Of a DNA stretch of 64,000 nt, positions 25,561 through 38,128 are shown in pieces. The position numbers and the translations under genes were made by a program. Below the pieces are notes generated by a model. The model was given only the letters and a program-made list of their open reading frames with translations, was not told the DNA's origin and ran no database searches. The stretch is from Mustelus asterias (lineage: Eukaryota). Location: NCBI RefSeq assembly GCF_964213995.1, contig NC_135805.1, positions 83,452,001-83,516,000 of the forward strand. The letters are read 5' to 3'. Numbering within the stretch: position 1 is the stretch's first letter; the number at the start of each line of letters is the position of its first letter.

Positions 25561-25880
25561 ATGTCGGAAACCACTGAAGATATTGGAGGGAACAGAGGGA
25601 GTACTGCATCATGGTGGCAACACCGGGTTCCAAAGCATGAGGGCACTTCAAGTGGGCAGCAAGCCCCCAGATTTTCTGATGACTATCTGCACTCCCTTGT
25701 GGAGGTGGTGACAGCCAGGGGGGACAGCCTGATGCAGAGGGATGGAAGGACGAGGCCAACCTACTTGACAAAGAAGGTATGGGCAGAGGTGGCAGCTGAG
25801 GTCAATAGGCACAACCTGGTCTGGCACACATGGATCCAGTGCATCAAAAGTTTCAATGATCTTCTGCGTACAGCAAAGGT
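25561..25880 (+). pseudogene. Harbinger Myb/SANT-like DNA-binding protein exon
   Basis: APRFSDDYLHSLVEVV...KKVWAEVAAEVN...TWIQCIKSFNDLLRTAK fits the Myb/SANT-like (Myb_DNA-bind_5) pattern, followed by donor AAG|GTAAGA. Confidence 0.8.
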
Positions 25881-26397
25881 AAGAAGGGTGCTCGTCCACA
25901 GTTGAACTCACAGGTGTAGAAATCAGGGAGTCTCAGAACACACCTCTGCAGTGAGTGTTAAAGCTGGAGAGAAGATCTGAATCCCTGGGTCCATTGAAGG
26001 GTCAGGTGTGCCAAGGGGATGGGAACATCCAACAAGCTTTGCGGGGGTAAAGGAGGTGGGAGACAGAATGGTTTGGTGCTGGAGGTGGAGGATTGAGTAC
26101 GGAGTGGAACTTTACACTTACAAGAGAAACGTAGCCGTAACAACTCTGAGAGATCTGCTACTGGTGGTGGGGTGTCGAACATGGCAGTCTTCCCCAGCCA
26201 TGAGCTGAGAGCCCTGGAGCTAGAGTGTGTGGGAAGGGAAGTCATTAGGTTATGGAGAGGCTGGTGTCTCTGAGGAAGGTAGGAATCCATTGGGCTGAAG
26301 CCAGGCAGAGAGAGAGAGAGAAAAGCATTTTGGAGCGTCTCATCCCTCATGATGATGGCAGCAACTTCTCTGCTGATCTGCCAGTCAGCAGGTTGTA

Positions 26398-26700
26398 GAA
26401 TTATAGAATCCCTACAGTGCAGAAAAAGCCATTTGGCCCATCAAGTCTGTACTGCCTCTCTGACGGAGAATCTTACCCAGGCTTTCTCCCCCGCCCTATC
26501 CCCATAACCCCACACATTTACCTTGGCTAAGGTGCAATTTAACGTTGCCAATCCACCTAATCCACATCTTTGAACTGTGGGAGGAAACCGGAGCACCTGG
26601 AGGAATCCCATGCAGACACAGAGAGAATGTGCAAACTCCACACAGATAGTGACCCAAGGCTGGAATTGCTGTGAGGCAGCAGTGCTAACCACTGTGCCAG
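26398..26700 (-). mobile_element. HE1-type SINE
   Basis: Reverse complement of the 51410 copy. Confidence 0.88.
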
Positions 26701-27174
26701 CCAATCCTTAGAGTCCACGACGACTGAGGAGTGCCCACCCATGTCGCTGAGCATGCCCTCCAAGGCAGAACCAGCTCAGGCCCTACTGGCCAGAGGACGA
26801 CTGTCAAATCATCGACACCAATACAACAGAGCAGTCAGCAACCTGCATCTAATGGCGCTGTCAGTGAGGGAGGGCAAACTCGTCGTAGCACCCGCAAACA
26901 CAGCACAGCAATGAGTTTGCCCTGGAGGTTTGTGTTTTTCTGTTAATATCACATATATAAATCAGTTCAGATCGGAAATTTTCTTTTTTTTTTCACTTAA
27001 ATGTCATAAAGAAAAATGACTTTGCTCACAAGCCCTGAATATTCTGTGTATTTGATGGGTGTTTGCCTTATCAGTGTCTGGGCAGCAAACCTTGTTGCTA
27101 AGGCAACATTGGACTCGTGGCAATAATGAGCCGTGATGACCTCCGTCTCAGACGGAAGGTAAGCCTGGGCAGCC

Positions 27175-27824
27175 TAGCTGAAAGAATGCTGAATCAAGGC
27201 CTCCCTGGTGTCCCTGCCTCATTGAAGGTTCCTCATTTCAGCCGCTTCGTCCTCACCATCTGTCTGCCGGGCTCTGCACCTGAATCTTCATTGGATTCCT
27301 CCTCTGAGAGAGGTGAGGTGGCCTCAGTATCCTCCTAGTCTAGTGGTTTCCCCCCTTGAAAGCACAGCAGACTACGATGATGCGAGCCACACATACTGTC
27401 AGATATTGCAGAGCATCCCTGGGGCGGTTGAGGCATCAAAACCTTATTTTAACAGGCCTATTGTCTGCTGAACAAACACCATTCTATTGGTGTCTAGTCA
27501 GCAGACGCCACCACCCTTGTGTCCACCCACACCGTTTGGAGGCTTCCTCCAGTCCAATCATCTGCTAAATGGATGTGACAGCTTCCCTTGAGATCCAGAG
27601 CCTCCCACAGCACTGGACCTTGGTCACGTCAGGGTAGTTGCTGCGTGTACACCCTGGTAGCTGGATAGCGGTGTTTTCGGCAGGGCCATTCTCCTTGTCC
27701 TCCCTGCTGGCCCTGAGCACCCTGTGTCTCCGCCTGTGCTCTGAGGTGATGCCTATGACCACCAGGCCACCTCTCTCTTTGTCCTCTGTCCTCCTTCTCC
27801 AAGGAGGAGATGCTTCCTGCTAAA
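27175..27824 (-). pseudogene. Harbinger (HARBI1-like) DDE nuclease relic with internal deletion
   Basis: N-terminal piece YPDVTKVQCCGRLWISREAVTSI; C-terminal pieces RF*CLNRPRDALQYLTVCVARIIVVCCA and REALIQHSFS*. A TIR-like end AAAATTCTGCCC lies at ~29173-29184. Confidence 0.75.
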
Positions 27825-28185
27825 TAGAATCATACATATAATCATAGAATCGTACAATCCGTACAGTGCAAAATGAGGACATACAGCCCATTGAGTCTGC
27901 ACCGACTCTCTGACAGAGCGTCTTAACCAGCCCTATCCCCGTAACCCCATGTATTTACCCCACTAATCCCCCTAACCTACACTTCTTGGAACACGGAGGG
28001 AAAATTTAGTGTGGCCAATCCACCTAACCTGCATATCTTTGGAGTATGGGAAGAAACCCGAGCACCCGGAGGAAACCCACGCAGACGCGGGGAAAACATG
28101 CAAACTCCACACAGTCACTCGAGGCTGGAATTGAACCCAGGTCCCCGGTGCTGTGAGGCAGTAGTGCTAGCCATTGTGCCGCCAC
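27825..28185 (-). mobile_element. HE1-type SINE
   Basis: Reverse complement of the HE1 consensus, with (CATAGAAT)-like tail. Confidence 0.88.
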
Positions 28186-28689
28186 AAGAATAGGGCCATC
28201 TGCAGAGATGCAAATGGGGCTGACCCGTGTGCTGATGGTTGCAAAGGGTTGGAAATCTCAGAGAAGTCACAGGACTGGGATAACCTGAAAACTCCAAGTA
28301 AGATGCACACCTCAAAAGTAAGCTGTGAAAATATTCACAAAACTCGAGTTTAAGTTCTCACCAAACTCGCAATAACTCCTACCAACTCAGCCTGCCCTTG
28401 CTCCAGAACCCCGTTTATCCCACCCTTGGATGACAAAATGGCAAAAATAATTTGGCTGCCTGCTGGTGTTGCCTGTTCACTGACCGAAAAGATAGCATGG
28501 ACAATGCAAATTCCAGTCCAATTGGAGAGTTAAACTTTTCAATGAGCTTCCTAATTGTTGGCGGGCACACATTCCATCAGTGCTTGCTGACTGAAATATC
28601 ACGCGGCTGTGCGATGATGTTGGGATGCATGCCCGATGCTGCCTTGTCACAGGCTTCTGGGTCAGGATCTCGCCTTCCCAGGCATCTTT

Positions 28690-29167
28690 GCACCATAGAA
28701 AGCATTCTTTCTGGTTGTATCACAGCTTTGTATCGTTTCTGCTCTGCCCAAGACCGCAAGAAACTACAAAAGGTTGTGAATGTAGCCCAATCCATCATGC
28801 AAACCAGCCTCCCATCCATTGACTCTGTCTACACTTCCTGCTACTTCGGCAAAGCAGCCAGCGTAATTAAGGACCCCATGCACCCAGGACATTCTCTCTT
28901 CCACTTTCTTCCGTCGGGAAGAAAATACAAAAGTCTGAGGACACGTACCAACCGACACAAGAAGTTTCTTCCCTGCTGCCGTCAGACTTTTGAACAGACC
29001 GACCTTGTATTAAGTTGATCTTTCTCTCCACCCTAGCTATGACTGTATCACTACATTCTGCATTCTCTCATTTCCTTCTCTATGTACGGTATGCTTTGTC
29101 TGTATAGCACTCAAGAAACAATACTTTTCACTGTATACTAATCTATGTGACAATAAATCAAATCAAA
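28690..29167 (+). mobile_element. Rex1/L2-type LINE 3' fragment
   Basis: TIESILSGCITALY..SAQDRKKLQKVVNVAQSI...HPGHSLFHFLPSGRKYKSLRTRTNR; (AAATC)n tail. Confidence 0.85.
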
Positions 29168-30189
29168 ATCATAAAATTCTGCCCGTTTGTTTGATAATCA
29201 GCAATATGTTTAGCCTTTCCACATGTGGCTATTCCACCAAGGTTATACAGATGAGTGGGAGAGTCCCCAGGGAAATAAATATTCCCTGTCTTGTTGAAAA
29301 TTGTTTCCAGTCCAAACTTTATTAGTTTGCACTTGCTCCTGTATCCACTGGCAACATTCATCTAAGAAGCTGTATAAGTGAGTGTTACCTGCTGGTGACT
29401 TGGCTCTATATCAACAGCAGTAAAATGGCAGAGGCAATAGATTTTTTTTTTACATTTTAGCTCTATGTTTGCAATAAATTGCTGACATTTAAAAAATGTT
29501 GAATAAAACATAAAGCACTTTTAATTTACAAGAGGGCACACGCTGTGTCATGAGCAAAAGTAGCATAAGCAGTTCAGATACAAGAAAGCCCTAGAAAGGC
29601 AATCCCTTTAGCAAGGACTGACATTCAATTGGCTTCCAGATTCTTACTCACTGCAGTATTAGATATTACTTGCGGAGTTTTCCATTTCAAAAATAATTTC
29701 ATTTTGGTTGTGATAAATGCAAAGTTTAAATGATTGCTATGTTGGGACAGTCTTTTTAATTGAGGGCAAAATAGAGGAGTGAAGGAAGGCATGGCCTATT
29801 CGGTATTCTGTCTGACAACAAGGTTGGGTGGCTTGATTGTTATTGGTTAAAGGGGAGCCCAGGTTGTTTTACTGGTAAGAAGATCCAAGATGTTCACACC
29901 TTAGCCAATAGCAAGATTATCTGCAATACCTATGGGTAGACTGTTCCTATTTTCACCCAGTCAGGTTGACTCGGGTGCCCTTTAAAATGGTGGACAGGTC
30001 CCAATCCCAGGATTCCAGACTCCCTTCCCAGGCTGTGCATTTTTGGGAGTGCCTTTAGGAGTGTGGGGTGGTTCCAGTCGGATTCCAGCTCTTCCAACCT
30101 GGCCAGCCCCCTTGCAGAGATATGTATCTCCTACTCCACAATTTTCATGGAGTCAGGCAAGTTTTTAAAGAATCATGGTAAATGACAGT

Positions 30190-31235
30190 GTTGTAGCTGT
30201 ACCGGTACAGCTTGGCTCGGGGCATAGCATGTTCTGAAGCACAAGTCCAGTAATACTGCTGGAATATTGTCAGGGCCTGTGCCTTCAACCATTTCTTAAT
30301 ATCACATGGAGTGAATTGAATTAGCTGAAGACTGACATCTGTGATGCCAGGGTCTTACAGGGAAGGCTGAGATGGATCATCTACTCAACACTTCCAGCTG
30401 AAGATAATTGCTTCAGCCTTATCTTTTGCAATGATGTTCTGGGCTCCTGGATCACTGAGGATGGGGATATTTGTGGAGCCACCACCTCCAGTAATTGTTC
30501 AATTGTCCACCACCATTCATGGCCGGATGTTGCAGGACTGCAGAGCTTATGCCTGATCTATTGGTTGTGGGCTCGCTTAGCTCTGTCAATTACTTGCTGC
30601 TTAGCACTCAGGTAGTCCTGTGTTCAAGCTTCAGCAGGTTGACACTTCATTTTTAGGTATGCCTCGTGTTGCTTCTGGCATGCCCCCCTACATTGAACCA
30701 GGGTTGATCCCCTGGCTTGGTGGTAATGGTAGAGTGGGGAATATTCCAAACCATGAGGTTACAGATTGTGGTTGTGTACAATTCTGCTGCTGTTGATGGC
30801 CCACAATGCCTAATGGATGCCCAATCTTGAGTTGCTAGATCTGTTCAAACTCAGTCCCATTTAGCACGGTGGTAGTGCTGCACAATATGATGGAGGCTAT
30901 CCTCGGTGTGACTTGGAGACTTTGTCTCCACAAGGACTGTGTGCTGGTCACTCCTACAGATACTGTTATGGAAAGATATATCTGCGGCAGAGGATGACGT
31001 CATGGTAACCTCACCACCTTCAGCAGTCCCAGTGTAGCAGCGATGTCCTTTAGGACCTGACCAGCTGGGTCTGTGGTGCCACTACTCAGCCACTCTTGGT
31101 GATGGGCATTGAAGTCCCCATCCAGAGTATATTTTACACCATGTCACCCTCAGTGCTTCCCCCAAGTGGTGTTTAACATGGAGTACGGATTCATCAGCTG
31201 AGGGCAATGTGGTAATCAGCAAGAGATTTCCTCGC
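30190..31235 (-). mobile_element. Degenerate non-LTR retrotransposon, APE endonuclease region (CR1-group)
   Basis: Minus strand translates NILWMGDFNAHHQEWLSSGTTDPAGQVLKDIAA and an SDQHTV (SDH-like) motif; flanked by MITE-like sequence ending AAAATCCAACCC at 31585. Confidence 0.75.
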
Positions 31236-31597
31236 AATGCATTAGTGGCATGAGTGACAAAGGGGTATGGGTGGGGGCATGAAGTGGCATGGATACGGCA
31301 TGGGTAATGTTTGGTGAGTGAAGGTGGTGAGGAGTGAGGAATAGATGGCCTTTAATTTTTTTCATTTCACTGGGACAAATTCCCACAGCACCAAGGCGGG
31401 CCCTTTAAATAGCCAGCCTCCACACTTCTTTCCATGTCAGCTGGCCCGATATCACCCCGCATCTGTCTCTGCCTCCCAACAATGAAGACCCCCACCTCTG
31501 TGGACACCTTACCCCGAGAAAGGCGGGCTGCACTGGGAATCTTTCTGACACCCCCCTAGCCACTTTGAGAATGAAAATCCAACCCATAGCCTCCAAG

Positions 31598-32382
31598 TGT
31601 CATGGGGATGAGTTAGGAATGTCAGGTTTTATAAATGGTTATACTTTAAACTGTCCACTTAACCAAGAAAGGCTGGAGTTGGGGGTCCTTGAGGATAGCT
31701 AATTAGCATTTCTACCCCTAGATACAAAGCTCATGTGATTCATGTTACCATGGAGATGGGCTTTGAGAGGGGGAGAGTCCAGAGCAAGCTACTGTTATCG
31801 GGTTGAAAGTTTTTCTAAGATATCCTTGAAACTCATGAGATCGAGTTTTCTGCAAGAATCTAAGAGGCAGAGAGAGAGAGGGCAGCGATATAGAGGCAGC
31901 CTGAGCAGAGAAAATGTTGTCTTTATTATTCACCACACAGCAGGCAAGTAAAAGCTCATACTCCGATTGAAGAGACCAGGTTTGTGAAGATTTAAACGAG
32001 GCTGGAAGTTGCATTTAGCTTTGGCTAGAAGGAGGAATCTCCTGGTTAACACTGAAATTTAGTCCTGAGATTCGAAATTGCCTGACTGGGAAACAAAAAT
32101 TGAAGCAGGCCATTAGGACTGGTTACTGGAAAATTAAGTGTCCATTTAAGGGATAGCATAATGTATAACTGGGGGAATTTTCAATCATTTTAAAAGTTAG
32201 ATGGGTGAAACTTTTTGTAATCTAGAGTTTAAGTTGCCTACAAAAATAGTGTTTAGATCAAGTTGTTTTTTGTTTGTTTGTTACAGTAAAAACCTTAAAA
32301 CTTGAAATCGTGATCCTACCAGTCAGTCACTGGAAATTGAAATATATTTTAAAAGATATTGGTCTCTATGGGAATTATAACA
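31598..32382 (+). mobile_element. Probable solo LTR
   Basis: TGTCAT...ATAACA ends; 3' part (AAAAG...GTCTCTATGG) resembles that of 35849-36925; no clean TSD. Confidence 0.45.
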
Positions 32383-33702
32383 AAATGCTTGTATGTCCCA
32401 CTTCATCTGTAGTTTTTAAAGCCTTCAGCATCTTCTTAGAATGGGCACTGTGTCAAAGAGTGCAAATATAGATCATCATTCACTAACTGAAGGTTTTGCT
32501 TTTAATGAGTCACCCCTAACAAATGTACCTTTGTGATACATTTGTTCTCACTCTGACCGAAGAATGGCAAGTCCCAGTAGATGAGGAAAAGACTAAAGTC
32601 CCAGCACCATCTTCTCCTTATTAACACATTACCCCGTTTTACAGAATATTGTGTTCTCCTTTCATTTCCTTGGGCTTTCAGCACCAAATTTCATTCAAAG
32701 GCAAATAGTTAAATTGATTCCAGACCACTTGGCTAATGCTGCCTAGAAACCGTTTAATAAGCAATGGATGGAAGCAACATCATTTAGTAAACTCTGTTTT
32801 ACTGCCTTCCTTTCAATAGGAAAGTACCTGTTGTGTTATTAATCCTGTGTGTGTGAGATTACAGGCACAAAGCCAGATGGCACCACTCAATGGCTAATTG
32901 TACAATGCTGCACACAATGCCACCAAATTCCTTTTATAGGAATGAAGCTAAAATTGATGGTACAAATCATAACTTTGAAGAAATAGAATTCATAAATTCT
33001 CAAGCTCTTAAATAATACAACAAATGCAACTGAGATACCTTCATATTAATCCATTTGTTTGCTTTCAGTAGGATGTTTGAAGGTGTAACATGCACAATGG
33101 ATAAAGAGGAGCCTGCAGACATACTGTACTTGGATTTCCAGCAGGTATTTTGGTAAGGTGCCACATCAAAGGTTATTGCAGAAAATGAAAAGTGTAAGGG
33201 TAACATTTTAACGTGGACAGAAGATTAGTTGGTTGGCAGAAAATAGAACGTATGCATAAATGTTTTTTTTCTGATTGGCAGGATGTGATGGATGGAGTCT
33301 CGCAGAGGTCTGTGCAGGGGCCTCGAATTTTTATAATTTATATCAATAACTTAAATGAGGAGAGCAAAGGCATGGTAGCTAAACTTGCAGATGACACTAA
33401 GATGGGTAGGAAAGTACGTTGTGAAGAACACACGAGGTTGCAGATAGTTATAGATGGTTTGAATAAGAGGGGGCAAATCTGGCAGACAGAGTAGAATGCT
33501 GGAAAATGTGAAGTTGTTCACTTTGGCAGGAAGAATGAAAAAGTTTAAATAGAAAACAGCTGTAGAATTCCGAGGTGGAAAGTGATCCAATCACACAAAG
33601 TTAGTGTGCATGTACAGCGCATAATTAAGAAGGCTATTGGAATGCTATCCTTCATCATGAGAGAAATCGAATATAAAAGTAAAGATGTTATGCTTCAATT
33701 AT

Positions 33703-34303
33703 GATGTGGAGATGCCGGCGTTGGACTGGGGTAAGCACAGTAAGAAGTCTCACAACACCAGGTTAAAATCCAACAGGTTTATTTGGCAGCACTAGCTTTC
33801 AGAGTCTCAAGCTACTTCATCAGGTGAGTGAGGACTTGTGTTCACAAACAGGGCATATAAAGACACAAACTCAATTTACAAGATAATGGTTGGAATGCGA
33901 GTCTTTACGGGTAATCAAGTCTTAAAGGTACAGACAATGTGAGTGGAGAGAGGGCCAAGCACAGGTTAAAGAGATATGTATTGTCTCCAGCCAGGACAGT
34001 TAGTGAGATTTTGCAAGCCCAGGCAAGTCGAGAAATCTCACTAACTGTCCTGGCTGGAGACAATACACATCTCTTTAACCTGTGCTTGGCCCTCTCTCCA
34101 CTCACATTGTCTGTACCTTTAAGACTTGATTATCTGTAAAGACTCGCATTCCAACCATTATCTTGTAAATTGAATTTGTGTCTTTATATGCCCTGTTTGT
34201 GAACACAAGTCCTCACTTACCTGATGAAGGAGCTTGAGACTCTGAAAGCTAGTGCTGTCAAATAAACCTGTTGGACTTTAACCTGGTGTTGTGAGACTTC
34301 TTA
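33703..34303. mobile_element. Fold-back Penelope-like insertion (~270-bp inverted arms)
   Basis: Arms meet at 34011/34033. TSD TATGCTTCAATTAT (33689-33702) / TATACTTCAATTAT (34305-34318). Hammerhead core CTGATGA..GAAAGCTA at 34218-34254. Confidence 0.92.
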
Positions 34304-34350
34304 GTATACTTCAATTATATAGGGCATTGGTGAGACCACATCGCAAATAT

Positions 34351-34668
34351 TCATAGAAACCCTAGGCAGAAGGAGGCTGTTCGGCCCATCGAGTCTGTAC
34401 CAACACAATCCCACCCAGACCCTATCCCCGAAACCCCACATTTTTACACCGCTAATCCCTCTAACCTACGCATCCCAGGACACTAATGGGCAATTGAGCA
34501 TGGCCAATGCACCTAACCTGCACATCTTTGGACTGTGGGAGGAAACCCACACAGACACGGGGGGAATGTGTAAACTCCACACAGACAGTGACTCAAGCCG
34601 GGAATCGAACCCAGGTCCCTGGAGCTGTGAAGCAGCAGTGCTAACCACTGTGCCACCAATGCTGCCCT
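34351..34668 (-). mobile_element. HE1-type SINE
   Basis: Reverse complement of the 51410 copy. Confidence 0.9.
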
Positions 34669-35532
34669 TGTGTGCAGTTTTGGCTTCCTTATTTAATGAA
34701 GGATGGAAATGTGTTGGAGGGAGTTCAGAGGAGGTTTACTAAATTGATACCTGGAATGAGCAAAAGATTGGACAGGCTGGATTTGTTTCTACCAGAGTTT
34801 AGAATAGTAAGGGGTGACTTGATTGAAGTGTACAAGATCTTGAATGGTCTTGACAAGGTGGATGTGGAAAGGATTTTTTCTCTTGTGGCTGAGTCCAGAA
34901 CGAGAAGGCAGCGTTTTAAAATTAGGGGCCACTCTTTTAGGACAGAAATGAGGAGAATTTTTTTCTCTCAAAGGGCTGTGACTTTGGAACTCTGCCTCAG
35001 AAGGCAGTAGGGGTGGGGCCATTGAATATTTTTGAGGCAGAGATAGATTCTTGTTAGGCAAGGGAATCAAACATTATCGCGGGTAGTTGGGAATGTGGAA
35101 TTCAAAACGCAAACTGATCGTATTGAGTGGCGGGGCAGACTCGAGGGGCCAAATGGCCACTTCTGATCCTTTTTCATGTTAGTTTTTCATCTGCCATGTC
35201 TCTTGTCTGACCAAGTCACCAGTGAGCAGACAACAGGGACTAAGCAGGGTAACACTGAAAACAGGAATGCAGATTGTTAGGAATAGTGACCCTACATTCA
35301 TTCAATGTAAAGCAGGCAACATGCCAACTTCATAGTACCTGATCATTATAATGATTACTGCATGCAGCCAGCACTTACTGCATTATTTATTGGCTGTATG
35401 CATCAGCAGAGTCCATTATTGCTATCTGCTTGCACTGCTTAAAGCGAGCTTATACTACTGAAAGGGAAAGTGCTTAGTGGTTGCTAGAGATGCTGAGAAA
35501 ATTGGGAATGGTGTGCTGTGCAACAATCAACA

Positions 35533-35772
35533 ATGGCTGACCATGTAAGTGAGCGTACACCCAGGTTTTAGGATGCTGCACTGGAGGCTTTGATGGGAGG
35601 AGGTTGGAAAGAAGGAGAGGTGTCCTGTATTTGCAAGGGAAGGTGACCCTGCAGAAAATGATGGGAAGTCAATTGGAACAGATAGCCAAAAAGATCATGT
35701 CAGGAGTTTAGGCCAAAGTACCTGGATGCAATACCACAAGAAGTTAAATTATTTCACACAGGTGGTCAAGAT
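35533..35772 (+). pseudogene. Second degenerate Harbinger Myb/SANT-like relic
   Basis: MADHVSERTPRF*DAALEAL...EQIAKKI...TWMQYHKKLNYFTQVVK parallels the 25561 ORF; stops and frameshifts present. Confidence 0.6.
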
Positions 35773-35848
35773 TAGCAAATGCATCTTCAAATACTCTATC
35801 CTTGCAACTGCACCACTAACGTCAGCCACTGTTTAATTCACCACACAT

Positions 35849-36925
35849 CTCATGAAGCTGGACTTTAGAAGATGATTATGTTTTAAAATGTCTTCTTTAA
35901 CTTGAAGTGAAACAAAGTGTTTTGAAAAGGGAATGGTAAAATGATAATAAACACAACTGCTTGGAGACAGACCGATGTGATCTTGTTGCCATGGGGGGAG
36001 ACACTCAAATAGAAAGCGACTGAAATATCAAGTAACAGTTTTCACATCTTTGTACAATATTTCACAGCTCCTTTTTAAGACACAGAGAGACAAAGAAGAT
36101 GCTGCTGGAGAGAGACAAAGCCGCTACTGCTGTGGAGAAACAGGAAGTCAGTTCTGCATTCAGAACCAAGCAGGATGCTTGTGAGAGTTTACTTTCTGTT
36201 TGAAAGGAAGGAGACAGAACAGACAGGTCTTTTTGAGATTTCAAGAGATTTTAACAATTTCAGAGGGTTGTGAGACTTTGGAAGCCTCTTCCCCAGAGAG
36301 TGGTGGAGGCAGGGCCACTGAATATTATTACAGCTAAGTTAGGTAGATTCCTAATTGACAAGAGCAAAGGATATGGGAGATAGGAAGGAAAGTAGAGTTG
36401 AAGCCACAATCAGATCAGCCATGGTCTTTTTGAGTGGTGGAGCAGGCTTGAGGGGCTGAATGGTCTATTCCTAATTCATTTCTTGGTATGCATGCATATA
36501 AGGAACCAAGGAGCCACCAAGATGGGTCTTGCTGGTGAAAATTGAATCTGGAAAACTCGAGCTGAGTGGAAAAATTTTCAAAGGACACAGAAAGCTTTGA
36601 CCTGGCGGGATAGGGAGAAGTGATCACTTGCGGAGCTGGGATTGGCTTTTACTTGTTCCTGTAATGCTACACATTTACCAGAAGTATGGTGAAAGCAAAA
36701 GGGGTTGGAAGACTTATCTCGATTGTGTTAGATAGTTGATACAAAAATAACTTTTTGTTTAGTTTGGTGTTTTAATTCCCTGTTAATTAATGTTTCATTT
36801 ATATTAATTTCAGTTAATTTGCTACAGTAAGGCTTAAACAGTGACATTTTGACCACTGGTTTATTTCCACTGGTTATTTGAGAAAGGCATCACTTTTAAA
36901 AAGTTACCAGTCTCTATGGAAACAG
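35849..36925 (+). mobile_element. LTR-like repeat with a nested CR1 3' fragment (~36255-36490)
   Basis: 3' end resembles 31598-32382; internal CAGAGGGTTGTGAGACTTTGG...GATCAGCCATG is the CR1 tail. Confidence 0.45.
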
Positions 36926-37590
36926 TATCCTTTCAGATGCTGTGTTGTGGGCTTTTAGTATATTTTACTTTTGCTCTAATTGGTCCAAACTTGGCTTATT
37001 TATGAAGGAAAGTGAAATGACCCAATTCTGGTTCATCAGCTTATTCCTCTTTTCATCCACATTAAATGTTATTTTGAAGCTTTGAATTATTATAAAGCCT
37101 GTCAATCAACATAGTGCCATTTTCTTATAAATATTTCACACAGATGTGATATTGATTTATTTATTAATTTTATTTTTGATCTCTGAAGTACTTATGGAGC
37201 AAATTCCAAACACATTGCGCTTTTTTAGAGTATACTCCTGCAGATATTCATTCCATCCGCTTTAATTTATCTGTCAATTTCATTTGTTACCTCATGCAAG
37301 ACTTTTAAGGCCTGGATTTTGCAGTCTTGAATCATAACCAAATGGAGGCAGGACGTTTGTTTTTAGAAGGCTACCGAACAGCGTAGTGGAAGTCCCACCT
37401 CCATTTCTTCCATTTTGCATGGTGCTGGAAAGGGCAGGGGGCTGGATGCCCACCCACCCCTATTGAAAAGCCCAAGAACAGACCTTTCAGATTTTTGCCA
37501 GGGCACCCGGGCTTTGGAAGCCCCCCACCATGATCCTGTCGAGTGAGAAGAAGTGGGAATGACTATGGAGGCAGGACCAAAGGCCAGAAC

Positions 37591-38128
37591 TTACAAACAT
37601 ATGAATTGGGAGCAAGAGTAGGCCACTCAGCCCTTCGAGTCTACTCCGCCATTCTGATCTGATTATAACCTTTCGCTTGCCCCCAATAACCTTTCACCCA
37701 TTTGTTGATCAAGAATCTATCTACTTCTGCCTTAAAAACATTCAGAGATTCTGCTTCCATTGTCTTTTGAGGAAGAGAATTCCAAAAATTCATGACCCTC
37801 CAAGTGAAACAAATTCTCATCTCTGGGTGACCTCTTATTTTGAAACAGTGACCCCTAATTCTAGATTCTCCAACAAGAGGGAACATTGTCTCCATTTCCA
37901 CCCTGTTAAGACCCCTCAGCATCTTAAAGGTTTCGATCAAGTCACCTCTTACTCTTTAAACCTCAATGGATACAAGTCTAGACTGTCCAACCTTTCCTCA
38001 TAAGACAATCCGCCCATTCCTGGTATTAGTCTGATAGACCTTCTCTGAATTGCTTCCAATCTGTTAGATCCTTTGTTAAGTAAGGAGACTAATACCGTAC
38101 ATAATACTCCAGATGTGCTCTCACCAAT
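37591..38128 (-). mobile_element. CR1 LINE 3' fragment
   Basis: IETFKMLRGLNRV...RGHCFKIRG...WNSLPQK. Confidence 0.9.

Larger units (their letters stand above)
33030..35170 (+). mobile_element. Old CR1 LINE interrupted by a PLE and an HE1 SINE
   Basis: LDFQQ, LADDTK, QFWLPYLMKD, RGDLIEVYKIL motifs in order around the insertions. Confidence 0.88.

Noticed and set aside
28452-29018. 188-aa ORF
   Set aside because: Chance read-through from Harbinger terminal sequence into a Rex1-like fragment.
33905-34139. Two near-identical ORFs on opposite strands (MSGERAKHRLKR...)
   Set aside because: Artefact of the PLE palindrome; the sequence is 3' UTR. The same applies to 4277-4519 and 5208-5414.
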